Of a stretch of DNA of 64,000 nucleotides, positions 44,980 through 56,502 are shown piece after piece. The stretch covers positions 930,001 through 994,000 of the forward strand of contig OX337236.1 in the NCBI GenBank assembly GCA_946965045.2. The letters run 5' to 3'. Both the position numbers and the translations under genes were made by a program. The notes under the pieces were generated by a model that searched no databases, was not told where the DNA came from, and was given only the letters and a program-made list of their open reading frames with translations. This stretch comes from Epithemia pelagica (Eukaryota; Protista; Bacillariophyta). The number at the start of each line of letters is the position of its first letter. Positions within the stretch are counted from its first letter, which is position 1.

Positions 44980-45618
44980 GGTTTAACACAGGAACACAGC
45001 CTTGGAAGGATTTCAAGATGACAAGACTTGCGTGATCTGCAATGCTATCGTTGGACTTCTTTCCAAAAGAGATTCTCGACACGTCGTTGTAATTTGCGTA
45101 TCTTCCTTTGCCCTTTATCGTATAATGTTCTTTCTTTCTTTTTGTTCTTTCCCAATGGTCCCCTCCCGGTCTTTGCGACACAAACCGTGGTGGTCCCTTG
45201 GGTCGTGAAAGAAATAGAATGTGTGTTGTGGAAGCAGGTGGAGGCTTCTCGCGATTGCGAAGGGTTTGATCCCATTTCTCAGCGGTGACGGAATGAAAGG
45301 AACTGAAAATGGATTTTAATATTTACGATGAAATAAATGAACCATCAGTCTGGGGAGTAAAATATGGGATACGCAGCGTGACACCGACCAAACGGATCGA
45401 AACGCACCCGGATGTACAGACAATGAAATCGTGTTCCCGTACGACTGGAAAAAGGTGTGAGTCATGTGAAATCAAAAATGCCCCAATTTGGGTCACCCCC
45501 AAATTTTGTCTATTTGACTATAATATGGGTATTGGGTATCCAAGTCATAGATAGCGACATTACAAACTACTCCTTTGATAAAATAAAAGAAAATGTTGAT
45601 ACAGATCTCTCTAGAGAG

Positions 45619-45847
45619 GATCGATTCCGAATAGCGACTACTAACAAGAGACGGGAAGGACCGTCTTTTCTGCTCCATTCAAATAAAGGAGGATTCCGAA
45701 TAGCGACTACTAACAAGAGACTGGAAGGACCACCCCGGCCCCAATGAGAGTCTTTTCTGCTCCATTCAAAAAAAGGAGGTGTAATCCTCGAGGCAGAGCG
45801 CCGACTCGGATCGTCTTGTGTTGAAACTAGGTGTAGGAAGACACTCA
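45619..45847 (+). repeat. Imperfect tandem repeat (69-bp period) bracketed by TCTAGAGAG direct repeats
   Basis: GATTCCGAATAGCGACTACTAACAAGAGAC at 45623 and 45692; GTCTTTTCTGCTCCATTCAAA at 45663 and 45750; TCTAGAGAG at 45610 and 45848. Confidence 0.8.
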
Positions 45848-46055
45848 TCTAGAGAGAAACCGGGTGGCCCTGTTTTGGGCGACTCGTGCCTTGCAACAAA
45901 GCATTTCTTTTCTTCTCCTCACATGCTTCACGTTGGTTGATCTCCGTAGAGAGACCAGTCATGGTTGTGTTTGCATGTGTCATCATTCATCATACCCATC
46001 AAAGAAACAACCCTTCTCGTTCCAATTCTCCTTTACGACGACAGTCCTTGTTGTT

Positions 46056-47934
46056 TCATGCCCTAGAATCAACGCGACAGGTTGCGAGTCGTGCTTCAAT
46101 CGTTTGACGAACCACGGGGTCCAACCCATGACGCCCCCCACGACGAGGAGACGACGATTCGTCACTGTCCTTGGAAATGGTTTGATCCCAGGCCTGTTTG
46201 GCATGCTGGGACACCAAAATCAAATTGTCGCATGTCGATGGACGTCCTTCATCCCACCGTACCAACTCCAGTACCGTTCCGAGTCGAGCACCGGTAATGG
46301 CACATCGATTTCTCCATACTTCCAACAAGTATTCCACATCGTCGCCATCAATTTGCAATGGACCAATCCATACAGAACAACTGGCATCGTCTGTGTTGCG
46401 AGATGCATCTGATACCAATCCGCCTCGTGTTTTGTACTCTTGGATGGCTTCGTCATTGGATATGTTTGCGGCTTTCAGAACTTGTTTCAGAAAACGATCT
46501 TCTCGAGTTTGTAATTTTTGAAAGATTTTGTTTCGGACATTGCGTCCCACACGTTCTCCTGTGACCGGTTGAAAGGGTTGTTCGGCCAACTCGGTCAATA
46601 CCCATGCCGCCAAGGCCTAGAATCGAACGTAAAATGATTGTTGTGCATAACAAAAAGACCAACACCACAACGACAAATGGAACGAAGCAGAAGAAAACAA
46701 ACAAACACGCAAACGGAAAAGAAAAGTTAGAACATAAAGAACAACAGGGTCGTGTCTCCAGAGTCGTGTCTCCAGAGTCCTCACTGTACGACCACTGCTA
46801 CGTTGTTTCACGTACTTGTCCCATAATGGCTGGTAGGGTTCCCAATACTGGCAAGACACGAATACGCATCCCTGCCACAGCTCCATACTCATTGGCCAAG
46901 CTAGTCGTTTCCGACGGTGACGACGAATCGCTCTCATTCTGTTTGACTCGTTCTTGTTCGACCGTCAAATTGGCCAATTTGGCAACTGGTTTTTCGGACG
47001 AAAAGACAATGGCCAATCGAGTGGCATTTTGAAACAAATCGTCATACTGGTCGGTAGTAGTCACGTTGTTGTCGGTGGTGGATGCCGTTTGGGATTTTGT
47101 AGTTGTGGCAATGAGCTTTTTGAGACATTGCCGCAACTTGGTAGCTAAGGGATCGCGTGAGGCCGATTGCAAATCACTCACATGCAATCGAGTAAAATCA
47201 GCCTTGCCGCCGGCTCCCATGCAGGAAACCACTCGTACATTCATGGTCCAGGCCGCATAGATCAAATGAGCCTTGGTCGGCACATCGTCAATGGCATCGA
47301 TAATCCAATCCCATTTTGGAGGATCGGATGATGACGAGGCCGACTCTGATCCAATTGCCAAATCTAACAAGTGTTGACTGGTTTCGGCCGTATACATTTC
47401 GCATCGGCCATCCACCTGCAAATATCTTTCATCCGGACAAAGCTGGTGGCCATATTCTACCAGACAGGATGTTTTCGGTGTTCCAACATGAGCCAAGGTT
47501 GCACAGGCATGTCGGTTCAAGGAACTTAGTGATACCTGATCAAAATCAATCACTCGCAGATAGCCCACACCGGCTCGAATCAAGCTACACACAGTGTGCG
47601 ATCCCACACCACCCGCGCCCACCACACACACTCGAGCGCCACGAAGACGTTCCATACCATCTGGTCCGAAAAATAATGTATGTCGCGATAATTGTTCTTG
47701 ACGAATCTCCCAGGGCAAATTAGAAGGCGACGACGAAGGATCTCCATCTCGTGGTGATTGGGTTGGATCGTTCGACGTTTGATGGCTTCTTCTAGATGAG
47801 CGCCTTTTTTCTCCTCCTGAAGACCATTTCTTCGTCAATGAAAGTGTAATTAACGCACCGACGATAACTCCAGTCGTTGTGGCAGCAGCTAAGTAAGCCA
47901 AACCATGTGTCTTAGATGTCGACGCCATCGTCAA
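46056..47934 (-). CDS. tcdA: tRNA threonylcarbamoyladenosine dehydratase (ThiF/E1-like; intron 46815-46617)
   Basis: N-terminal TM. VCVVGAGGVGS, VIDFDQVSLSSLNRH, WIIDAIDD, VSCMGAG, DPLA..LR, VFSSEKP, GTLPAIMGQ/ALAAWVL. Confidence 0.92.
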
Positions 47935-48445
47935 TCGTCATGAAAAATCTTCGGTATCGAAAAAATTCCAACCATGACGTCCGTCCGACGCCAGTCGTCG
48001 GTTTGCCGAGGCTTTTTAGAGCGACCTAAACGCTAGTAAGCTGCGGCCTTCCTTTCGTATGACGTGGATGACGGCGAACGCCCGGAACCAAACGCAGATT
48101 CACATCGAACTTACGACGACGACGGACGACCGCTTATCGGCAACAAATCTCCACCCATCTCTCAGACCAAGGAGTCGATATACGTAGACGTTGTATACCC
48201 TTTCTGCAAGATCATCATCGTTGCTGCCGCAAAACCGATCACCCAGTGTAGAGGCGCTCGCTTCTTCAATGAGAGGGTAGAAGAATTGCAGCTTGGAACT
48301 CCTTAAGGCATCTCTGTGCGCACATCTCTAGATAACTTTCTTGAGCAACAACCAAGAGAAGACGTGGTCGCTGAAAGGAGAGAAGACAGCATCGATCGGG
48401 ATTTTTCTCCATCGTTCTACAAGTTCATTGATACGCCGAGATAAT

Positions 48446-50164
48446 ATGAGACTTTCAGCTCGCAGTCACATGAGCTCAGGTCGGTTGAGATCACTATCGG
48501 CATCCTTCCGCCGAGTTTGGTGTATCGACCAACACTTCATATGGAGAGCTCAAGTACAACCAGCGTCTCTTGTCATCTCTGAAATATGTACAAATAGAAT
48601 ACTGGGTTTCCGAGAAAGTTCATCGTTCAGTCGAGATGACACCTTTCTGGAATCCCTCCGAACAGTGACCAAGAGTGCAACGACCAGTCTCAAAGAAAGC
48701 GTCAAATCAACTCTGCTGGAAGAAGCAATACGAGAGGATAGCCGGCTGTGGCAAACAAATGCATCATCAACAAGGGCAGGAACCAACGAGAATAACCACC
48801 ATCCACATGCCCATTACGTGAATGGACATGGCAAAGTAAATGGGGCGGCATCAATACAACACCAATTTACCCCAAGCGGCAGTGTAAACGAGACTACCCT
48901 GGAACAAGTAAGAACAACGACATCAGACTCATCGCTTGACGATCCCTTGAACGATTTGTATGTGCCAAATGCAAAATCTCGCTACTGGCCCAACTTACCA
49001 AGCCAAGTCGCTGAGCAGGAGGCTGACTCGAGTGATCCCTTTGTCTTGACAAAGACCGAACTAGGTAATTTATCAAAGTCCATCCGGGAGGATCTGATTA
49101 GGACCGATCATCCCGTATTGAATCGAGCCGCGGCATACTTTTTCGAAGCAGCCGCGGACGGCGGGAAGAAAGTCCGACCGATGATGGTGATGCTCCTATC
49201 TCGTGCCTTGGCGGATGCCATGGATCCCTCCCATCCAAGCAAGGCCAATTCCTCGTCTCCTCTCTCGACCACCGATACTTCGCTCTTTACAGCACCCATG
49301 ACGTGGCAACGGAGTGACTTACCCGAAACCCAGCGTCGCTTGGCGGAAATTTCGGAAATGATTCATACGGCCAGTTTATTTCATGACGATGTGATTGATG
49401 GTGCCGATACACGACGTGGTGTGCCATCGGTGCATGCTGTTTTTGGGAATAAAATGGCCATTCTAGCGGGTGATTACTTGCTTGCCCGTGCATCCATTTG
49501 TTTGGCACGATTGCGCAATGTACAAGTGGTGGAAACCATGTCTACCATTATTGAACATTTGGTGCGAGGTGAAGTCATGCAAATCAAAGGAACTAGTAGC
49601 AGCAGTACAAACAAAGCGACAACGGACAATGAGAGCACTGATCGGATTGTGTACTATTTGCGCAAGAACTTTTACAAAACGGGTAGTCTCATGGCCAATT
49701 CTTGTCGAAGTGCTGCCTTGTTGGGTGACTATCCACCAGAGTTGGTATCAGCCAGTTATCGGTTTGGCAAACATGTGGGAATGGCTTTTCAGTTGGTCGA
49801 TGATTGCTTGGATTTTGAAGGATCCCTGGCAAGTCTAGGGAAACCAGCCTTGGCTGATTTACAAGCTGGATTGGCCACGGCGCCGGTCTTGTTTGCCGCT
49901 CAAGAACAATCGCGAAATCAAGCAGAGACCGGTTCGGAAAGTTTATGGACCTTGGTCGATCGAAAATTCAAAGAACCTGGCGATGTAGACCAGGCGCTGG
50001 CAATGGTGCGAGCAAGTTCAACGGCGATGGAGCAAACCAAAGAATTGGCACGATTTCATGCGGAAGCAGCCATGGATTCCCTACTTCAAGCCATGCCTCA
50101 CCCTAGTCCCTATCGCGACGCGCTAATCAGGTTGGCTTTCAAGGTTGTCTCCAGAACAAAATGA
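48446..50164 (+). CDS. COQ1: Trans-polyprenyl (solanesyl/decaprenyl) diphosphate synthase, long N-terminal targeting extension
   Basis: GGKKVRP, EMIHTASLFHDDVIDGADTRRG (FARM), AILAGDYL, YKTGSL, FQLVDDCLD (SARM), GKPALADL..GLATAPVL. Arg/Ser-rich N-terminus suggests mitochondrial import; plastid SPS not excluded. Confidence 0.88.
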   Translation: MRLSARSHMSSGRLRSLSASFRRVWCIDQHFIWRAQVQPASLVISEICTNRILGFRESSSFSRDDTFLESLRTVTKSATTSLKESVKSTLLEEAIREDSRLWQTNASSTRAGTNENNHHPHAHYVNGHGKVNGAASIQHQFTPSGSVNETTLEQVRTTTSDSSLDDPLNDLYVPNAKSRYWPNLPSQVAEQEADSSDPFVLTKTELGNLSKSIREDLIRTDHPVLNRAAAYFFEAAADGGKKVRPMMVMLLSRALADAMDPSHPSKANSSSPLSTTDTSLFTAPMTWQRSDLPETQRRLAEISEMIHTASLFHDDVIDGADTRRGVPSVHAVFGNKMAILAGDYLLARASICLARLRNVQVVETMSTIIEHLVRGEVMQIKGTSSSSTNKATTDNESTDRIVYYLRKNFYKTGSLMANSCRSAALLGDYPPELVSASYRFGKHVGMAFQLVDDCLDFEGSLASLGKPALADLQAGLATAPVLFAAQEQSRNQAETGSESLWTLVDRKFKEPGDVDQALAMVRASSTAMEQTKELARFHAEAAMDSLLQAMPHPSPYRDALIRLAFKVVSRTK

Positions 50165-50433
50165 TTCTACTGATAGAATGCGTGCTAATAACAGTTTGTC
50201 TTCTGCTCTCACTTGTCGCATTATTCTTTCGATACGTAGGGAAACTGGATATTACCAGCCCAACAAATGATGCGTGTTCAAATTTAAGAGTACTACAAAC
50301 ATGGAACTGAGATAAATGCGCCTTTCCCAGAGTCTTACCATATCTCGTCAAACCTCTGCCAAAGGGCTTACCCTCTCTAGGTAGGTAATACTCATGAATG
50401 TGTGTTTCTTTTGACAACTCGTCCCTTGGAAGA

Positions 50434-51021
50434 TTAACTATTCTCTGTCGCTTGTTTCGCCGAATTTTCTTCCAGTTGTTCATTGGCACTCGGTTTTAAC
50501 CTCTCTTCTACCCGTTGACGAAAAAACACAGTTGTCCGAATCTCGCATAACTCTTGCACCGAATCGTCCCAAACTTGGGCCCAATCCCATCCAGAAAGAA
50601 GTTTCGAGTCAGAGATCTGCCAGTCAGAATGAAACGGTAGAAAGACACGAAGTCGACTTCGTTGCGACGGCTCAGATTCCATATAAAGAGTCCGCAAGTA
50701 TAAACATACAGGGACAAGTACAAGACATGATAAACAACCTCCGACGATGTACACCATTTCCAAGCAATCGATCAATTTGGCAGGGGGGTGCTTTCGATTC
50801 ATATTCATGACCGGCGAAATCCATAAGGGCTCAACATAGTTCAGTGACAGTACCAAATATATTCCCACAAAATAGGTGAAGGCTGAAAGTCCCAGTAATA
50901 CTTTCGTGATATCTTCAAGATAATGAAACAAAGATGCAATACGTGGTGTAATCCCTTCTTCCTTGATCTTTGATAAAGATACCGCGGACGTCGATGGCCC
51001 CAACGGAAAGGATTGTTGCAT
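50434..51021 (-). CDS. Hypothetical protein with two predicted TM helices
   Basis: Hydrophobic segments VLLGLSAFTYFVGIYLVLSL and MVYIVGGCLSCLVLVPVCLYL. Start uncertain. Confidence 0.5.
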   Translation of the reverse strand: MQQSFPLGPSTSAVSLSKIKEEGITPRIASLFHYLEDITKVLLGLSAFTYFVGIYLVLSLNYVEPLWISPVMNMNRKHPPAKLIDCLEMVYIVGGCLSCLVLVPVCLYLRTLYMESEPSQRSRLRVFLPFHSDWQISDSKLLSGWDWAQVWDDSVQELCEIRTTVFFRQRVEERLKPSANEQLEENSAKQATENS

Positions 51022-51323
51022 GGCGACGGTCAGAAAGAACAGTGAGATCCGTGTCTCGCACCACGCACCACCGCACCACATCAAAAAAATCAAAACTCTC
51101 CGCAGTCCCGGATACTAAAATTACATGGAATGAGCTATCATTCCTATGTGACTGACCAGGTTTAGGTGCGTAGGATAGCTGACAAACACGGGAATAGTGC
51201 AAAAGAGAATGAGCTTGACACATGAAGGCCTGATAATGAGGATCTTACGTCGTCCCGATTTGCTCGCCGTCTCGTTTGGACCCCTAGCTCCCCAGTTAAT
51301 CACAACATGTTCGGCCACATATA

Positions 51324-53468
51324 CTAGCCATTGCGTTTGGACATGGCTTTTTTCTGTTGATCACGTCGCTTCGCCATGTTTCTTGCCTTTCGACGCGATT
51401 CCGCAGCTGTGGGTTTTTCGCCTTCAGCCGTCTTTGTCTTTGATGGATTGGGAATGCGTCCACCCTTGAGCTTATCCGCTCCACGATAATTGACGGGGGC
51501 TTTCTCACCGCCCGAATCAGCCGAGGGGTGGTTGGTATTCCGATTGGCTTCCCAAAACTCTTCTTCCTCTTCCATGGCACGCCGATCCTTGTTGTACGCC
51601 TTGATTGCGTCATAGTCATCTTCAGCTATGTCTTCCATTCTTTCATCATCACCTAGGTCTTCATTATCTGGAGAATCGGTTTTCATCTTCTGAGGTGAAC
51701 CGGCTGTGACCGTAGAAGCGGCTGTAAACTCACTGTGAAGTTGCATCGTGGTATTTTCTTCGGCGTCGCTGTCGTCAAACTGTGAGGTACTCTTGTTTCC
51801 ATCTGCAGTGGAAGATGATGCAATGGGCAACCGTAGCATGGCTTCTTTGTGCGGATTGGAAGAAGAGGGAGGCGGCTTGGACATTGGCAAAACCTCAACT
51901 CCAGTAGTATCCAGAGGGGCAGTTGTGGGTGTAGGCACCACCAGTTTATCTTCTGAGTTTGTAGCTGCAAAACTCCTAGCTTTCTCCGCCTGACGTTGCA
52001 ACTCTTGATCTTCCTTGGCTTGTTGTGAAGCCGCATGCAACAAACTTTGGAGCAAGCGCGAGGATGAAGCGGATGCTCCTTGTTTCGTTGTTGTCTTTTG
52101 ATCCGCATCATCTTCACGAATTTTAACGGCCTGATGTCCGAGATTATACTCCAAAGCTTGTTTGCGATATTTCTCTTCTGCTGCTTGGAGTACCATCTCG
52201 TTGTTTCGATCATGCTCCGTTGTGCTTGAACTTTTTCCGTCCCCGTCCATCGTCGCATCACCGACAGCTGGACCTTGTTGCTTTTTCAAACGTTCCAATC
52301 CTTCTTGTAGCGCCTGTTGATTGGCTTGGTGAAGAGTGTTTTCGAGAGACTGAGATAATTGAGGGATAAGTTCCAGCGCCAGTTTGTGGCATTGTCGTAA
52401 TAGACCGTTTGTTACAACGGCTCCACTCGATACCAACCCACAAATTTCGCCATGTATGTTGACTTGCAAACTCAACTCATTGCCATTTACGACCCGCTGT
52501 TCTTGCCAAGAGGGATCCGCCAAAACTAAAAACCTATCAGCCGACAAATCGTCATCCTCGTCGTCAACCATGAGATGATTGTCCATTGCGCTACTAGCAC
52601 TATCATTCCGGGCAAGCCAAGCAAAGGTAATCGATAAGGGTGTATGATGCAACGGTAGAGGTGTTCCTTCTTTGAGATCTAACGATTGTGTTTGTGGCAA
52701 TGCAGTTGTCGCATTCGATTGATTATACTGTTTGTTGCTGGATTCAAGGGGAGCAGTCGTGGCCGGTTGTCGATAATGCCGTAACGCGGCCATGGTGGCA
52801 AGTACACAGGCATCCAACAAAAGATTGTGAGCACCACAATCCCACACGGTTATACGAAGCTGCAGTTGCCACACCCATTGTCCTGGAACAATTACAAGGG
52901 CCTCTGTGTCCAAACACTGGTTCATCAAATTCTCCAAACACCTCAAAATACGATTGGCAACCAGCTTCTGACTCTCATCCATAGGTGGGCCTCCAATTTT
53001 TCCACGGCCACCAGCAATTCCTCCATTTGTCACTGCTTGACCATACTTGAACGATGTTGATGCCATCGGCGACAAATCGACGGCGATTTGGACACTGCCT
53101 TCGTTTGGACGATCGGAAGTAGGTGGAGGCACAATCTGAGCCGAACAGTGGCAGTGAACAGTAATAGCATTTCCCCATTGAACAGTACATCCGGTGGTTC
53201 CATCCATAGCCGACCGTGTAAGTTGAATCCGTGCCGGTCGAAGTTGTGTCGGAGATCTGCCATCCATCCGTAGCTCGGATTGGATCAAGGCTTGATGGAC
53301 AAGTTCTCGTTCATTTTTTGAAAACAAGACATCACTACTTCCGTCATCACGGATTGGAATGTAATGCGAGCTTTTCAAACGCATCGTTCGTCGTGCAAGA
53401 TCTCTCTTGCCTCTGGACTCTGGACTCTCGAAAGAGCGTAATCCGTAATTGCGTGGAGGAGAGCGCAT
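51324..53468 (-). CDS. RRP45: Exosome complex subunit RRP45 (RNase PH-like) with long acidic/basic C-terminal tail; start at 53468 or 53384
   Basis: SKNERELV...LRMDGRSPTQLRP, DRPNEGSV...DLSPMAS, LDTEALVIVPGQWVW, DACVLATMAALRHYR, PLHHTPLSITF, DPSWQEQ. Confidence 0.92.
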   Translation of the reverse strand: MRSPPRNYGLRSFESPESRGKRDLARRTMRLKSSHYIPIRDDGSSDVLFSKNERELVHQALIQSELRMDGRSPTQLRPARIQLTRSAMDGTTGCTVQWGNAITVHCHCSAQIVPPPTSDRPNEGSVQIAVDLSPMASTSFKYGQAVTNGGIAGGRGKIGGPPMDESQKLVANRILRCLENLMNQCLDTEALVIVPGQWVWQLQLRITVWDCGAHNLLLDACVLATMAALRHYRQPATTAPLESSNKQYNQSNATTALPQTQSLDLKEGTPLPLHHTPLSITFAWLARNDSASSAMDNHLMVDDEDDDLSADRFLVLADPSWQEQRVVNGNELSLQVNIHGEICGLVSSGAVVTNGLLRQCHKLALELIPQLSQSLENTLHQANQQALQEGLERLKKQQGPAVGDATMDGDGKSSSTTEHDRNNEMVLQAAEEKYRKQALEYNLGHQAVKIREDDADQKTTTKQGASASSSRLLQSLLHAASQQAKEDQELQRQAEKARSFAATNSEDKLVVPTPTTAPLDTTGVEVLPMSKPPPSSSNPHKEAMLRLPIASSSTADGNKSTSQFDDSDAEENTTMQLHSEFTAASTVTAGSPQKMKTDSPDNEDLGDDERMEDIAEDDYDAIKAYNKDRRAMEEEEEFWEANRNTNHPSADSGGEKAPVNYRGADKLKGGRIPNPSKTKTAEGEKPTAAESRRKARNMAKRRDQQKKAMSKRNG

Positions 53469-53483
53469 GATGTTTCGGGGCCC

Positions 53484-53971
53484 TAAAGTACGACCAAGTT
53501 ATTCTGGGACCAAGGAGCGACGCTCAGACTCTCTCCCTCCCAGCCATCGAAGATTGTCAGACAAAACAATCACGCGCCGGCCAACCTAGGGAGACAAGCG
53601 TGACGATCAATAGAGCCGTTGGAATCGCAGGGCGTTCCATTCGGAACTTACTTTTTCAAATCTTCTTCCGACTCTTTTGTCCGTATAAGATCCATCGCAT
53701 ACCAAAAACAACAGTGAACCCTTCACCAGATTGTTACCCTGGTTGTTATGCTTCAGGAGGCCTTCACAAGCGTCTGACAATCCCGAACTCCAATCCCTTA
53801 TGTCCTTGCTCTGACGAAGTGCCAGAAATGCCACGGATGCTTTCAAGACCAACGTCAGAACTCGAGAAAGAAGAAAGAGCCAAAAGAGCTCACTCTTTGA
53901 ATTCACTACGTTCGGACGGCAAAGGCCTGATCACCTTTGGCGCCGTTCTAGAGTTTAGAGAGAGATTTTGG
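53484..53971 (+). repeat. Split direct repeat A1 (488 bp)
   Basis: Matches A2 (62232-62720) apart from a 1-nt indel at its start. Overlapping ORF-track peptides from both copies are identical. Confidence 0.95.
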
Positions 53972-54003
53972 TTTCTTGCTCCTGTTCTGTTGTTTGGTTC
54001 ATC

Positions 54004-56475
54004 ATGTCTTCTCCCCCTTCTCGTTCCTCGACTCCCCTGGACGATGATGATCTCCTCTTGTCCTTGGTTACCTCGGCCTTGATTGCGACGCCAAGCGTCG
54101 TGGCCGATCGTCCTCCGGGCTCGGCTCCAGGGGGGGGGGGGGGGGTAGCTGACCGTGGGCAAATCACTTTCGATTCAACTCTTGACCTTGTTGGTCTCGG
54201 GACCGTCCCTACTAGGAACCCTTCAACAACCTCTGCTCCCTTCTTCAAGCAAGAGGATCAGGCACCTACTGTGCGCGACCTGTCCGATGCCTCAAGTAAG
54301 TTTTCGATTACGGTACTTTCGGCAAGCGACGCCAAGGAGAAGCTGCTTTGCCTTGGAATCAAACGAGGGGGTAACATCTTTTGTATCGACCCCAAGTGCT
54401 CTAAAGCCGGGGACCATGGATTGGATGTCCCCCCTCATGATCTTGGCAACACAGGCGGAGTCTACATCATGAAGAACTCCGCCTCCGCCTTTTGTTCACC
54501 CGTGGTACCTTTGGAGTCTACTTCTCCTACGGTCTTGGACAAACTCAGGCGCAAAAAGCATACGATTAATGACTGGATGAAGAAGTTCCTGGTCATGCGT
54601 CGTATGGATCATCTCAGCACAGAAAACAACGGACCTACGTCTTTTGATGCTGAAGAAACCAAGGTAGTCAAAGCAACTGCTACCTATACTCCCTTCTCTG
54701 TTGGGAAGGGTATTAAGAAGGACTCATCTGCCGCCTTCCTCCTGGATAGTTTTTCCCCTCATCGAAAGATCCTCTCAGGAGACATTAATGATGTCATGCA
54801 GAAGGTCCAAAAGGACCCAAGTATGATTCCCACCGTACTTCGCGAGGTGGAAGATTCCATTATGGAGGCAGGGGAACTCATTCAAGCTATTTCGGCTGAT
54901 CAATCGTTGGTAAAAAAGGAAACCGTCAACTCGGTCGAATCGTTGAGTCTCCAACTGGAGAAGATGCAGATGGACATTGGCCCCAGGGAAGAGTTGGGTG
55001 AGCCGTTCCAAGCTCCCACTCTCTGGGGAATCATCCAAGCCATCACCGGTTCATTGTCGAGTGGCACGGAGCCCATCTCGGCGGCTGAGCTCAAGTCCTC
55101 TTTCACGGACCGATTGCAAGTGCTGGAGCAAGACATCAAGACCACTGCTTCCTTTGTGCGCAATCTCAAGATGGAAACAGCGGCCCAGTTCCAAACCATG
55201 CAAGCAGAAACTAAAGGAGGATTGGATAACCTTCGTTCCCATTTGGTCAAAGGCCTCCAAGGTTTGATCTCTCGAGTCAGTACGGCGGAAAGGAACATCA
55301 TGCAGTTGGGAACTCAAGCTGGAACCACCTCCTCGGGGAACGGATCCTCCTTGTTACAAGGTAACGCGGGCATTGCTGGATCCATTGACTTAGTTGCAAA
55401 AGCTCAAACTCTGGAAGCGGAGGTGAAGAATCTTCAAGCGATCCTCCACCAAAACCAAATCGACATGCAGCGCCTTCGGTCCAAGATCGACACTACCGCA
55501 ATCAAGTTCGGAAACTTGGGTTTGTCTTCGGTTGATGACTGCAAAGCTTGGATTGCCCTCAAATTTGGCTTTCGGGCTTATGGTCTCTTGTTCGACGTTT
55601 GTCTTGTACTTGAGTGGTGCTCATCCCAGGAAAATGGTGATGTGTTGAGTATGCTCACCACCATGGAGAAGCGCCACAAGATGAAAATCTCAACAACCAA
55701 TGATGCTCGAGCTTTGTACGCCATGAAGCTCGAATTTCCCCAAATCCTTTACAAGGATCTTCCTGGCACTGGAAAAGATCCTTCTTTTCTCACGGCCATG
55801 AAAGAACTTGAAGATTGGGACGCACCCGAGACTGGAGTGCGCGACCGAATCATCCACAAGCTAGGGAGCATGCATTCCATGTTTGGCGAACAGATAACTA
55901 TCGTCATGGAGAACGAACCGGAAGCTCGCTCTCTTGCCATGTCTATGTTGTCTATGTCTATTGGCTGTTGTCGTGAGATGATAAACTATTTCGATGAAAC
56001 CATGAACGAACTAACAACCAAGTCTAAATTCACGAAAAAGAAGGCATTCAGTCTCGTCACTCAAGTCATCCGCCGCTTCTTCATCGACTTGTACAAGGTT
56101 CGTGCTCAAATCTACTCCTCCCTTTCTACATCGGATGCTGCGGGTCAATGCGCCTGGATTCTCTATGGAACCTTGCGCACTCACGATGTTATGACCGAGT
56201 ACTCCAAGGCCAGATTCAAGAACCATCCGTCGGTATCAAGTGAGTACATCCGCTTCTTATCAACCAATTCGGGTTTTGAATCTCTCAAAACACTTGAGGA
56301 CAAGGTGGAGCAATTGAAGACTAGCGCCCAATAAGCTGCAAAAGACTGCCAGTCGGCCAAACGGGCGGCTGACACGGCCAATAGTACCATCGATACCCTC
56401 AAGAAAGAAGTGGCCGAACTCAAGAAGCAGAGTCGACGGGCTCGGGGCGGTGGCTCTGGCAATAACGACGCGTGA
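54004..56475 (+). pseudogene. YR-element ORF1 (gag-like; N-terminal Cys/His finger, coiled coils) with a probable premature TAA at 56332
   Basis: CLGIKRGGNIFCIDPKCSKAGDH finger. After TAA 56332-56334 the frame stays open for 46 codons of heptad-like sequence (TIDTLKKEVAELKKQ) to TGA 56473-56475. Confidence 0.75.
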
Positions 56476-56502
56476 CAAGTAGGAGCATCTAAATTAACAT
56501 CT

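Noticed and set aside
29806-50164. Metabolic gene cluster (HPPK-DHPS, ABA4-like, ECI, polyprenyl synthase)
   Set aside because: Different pathways and compartments; ordinary neighbouring housekeeping genes.
53600-54082. ORFs within repeat A (also 62208-62801, 53607-53906, 62356-62655)
   Set aside because: Open frames inside the terminal repeats with no motifs; identity between copies simply reflects the repeat.
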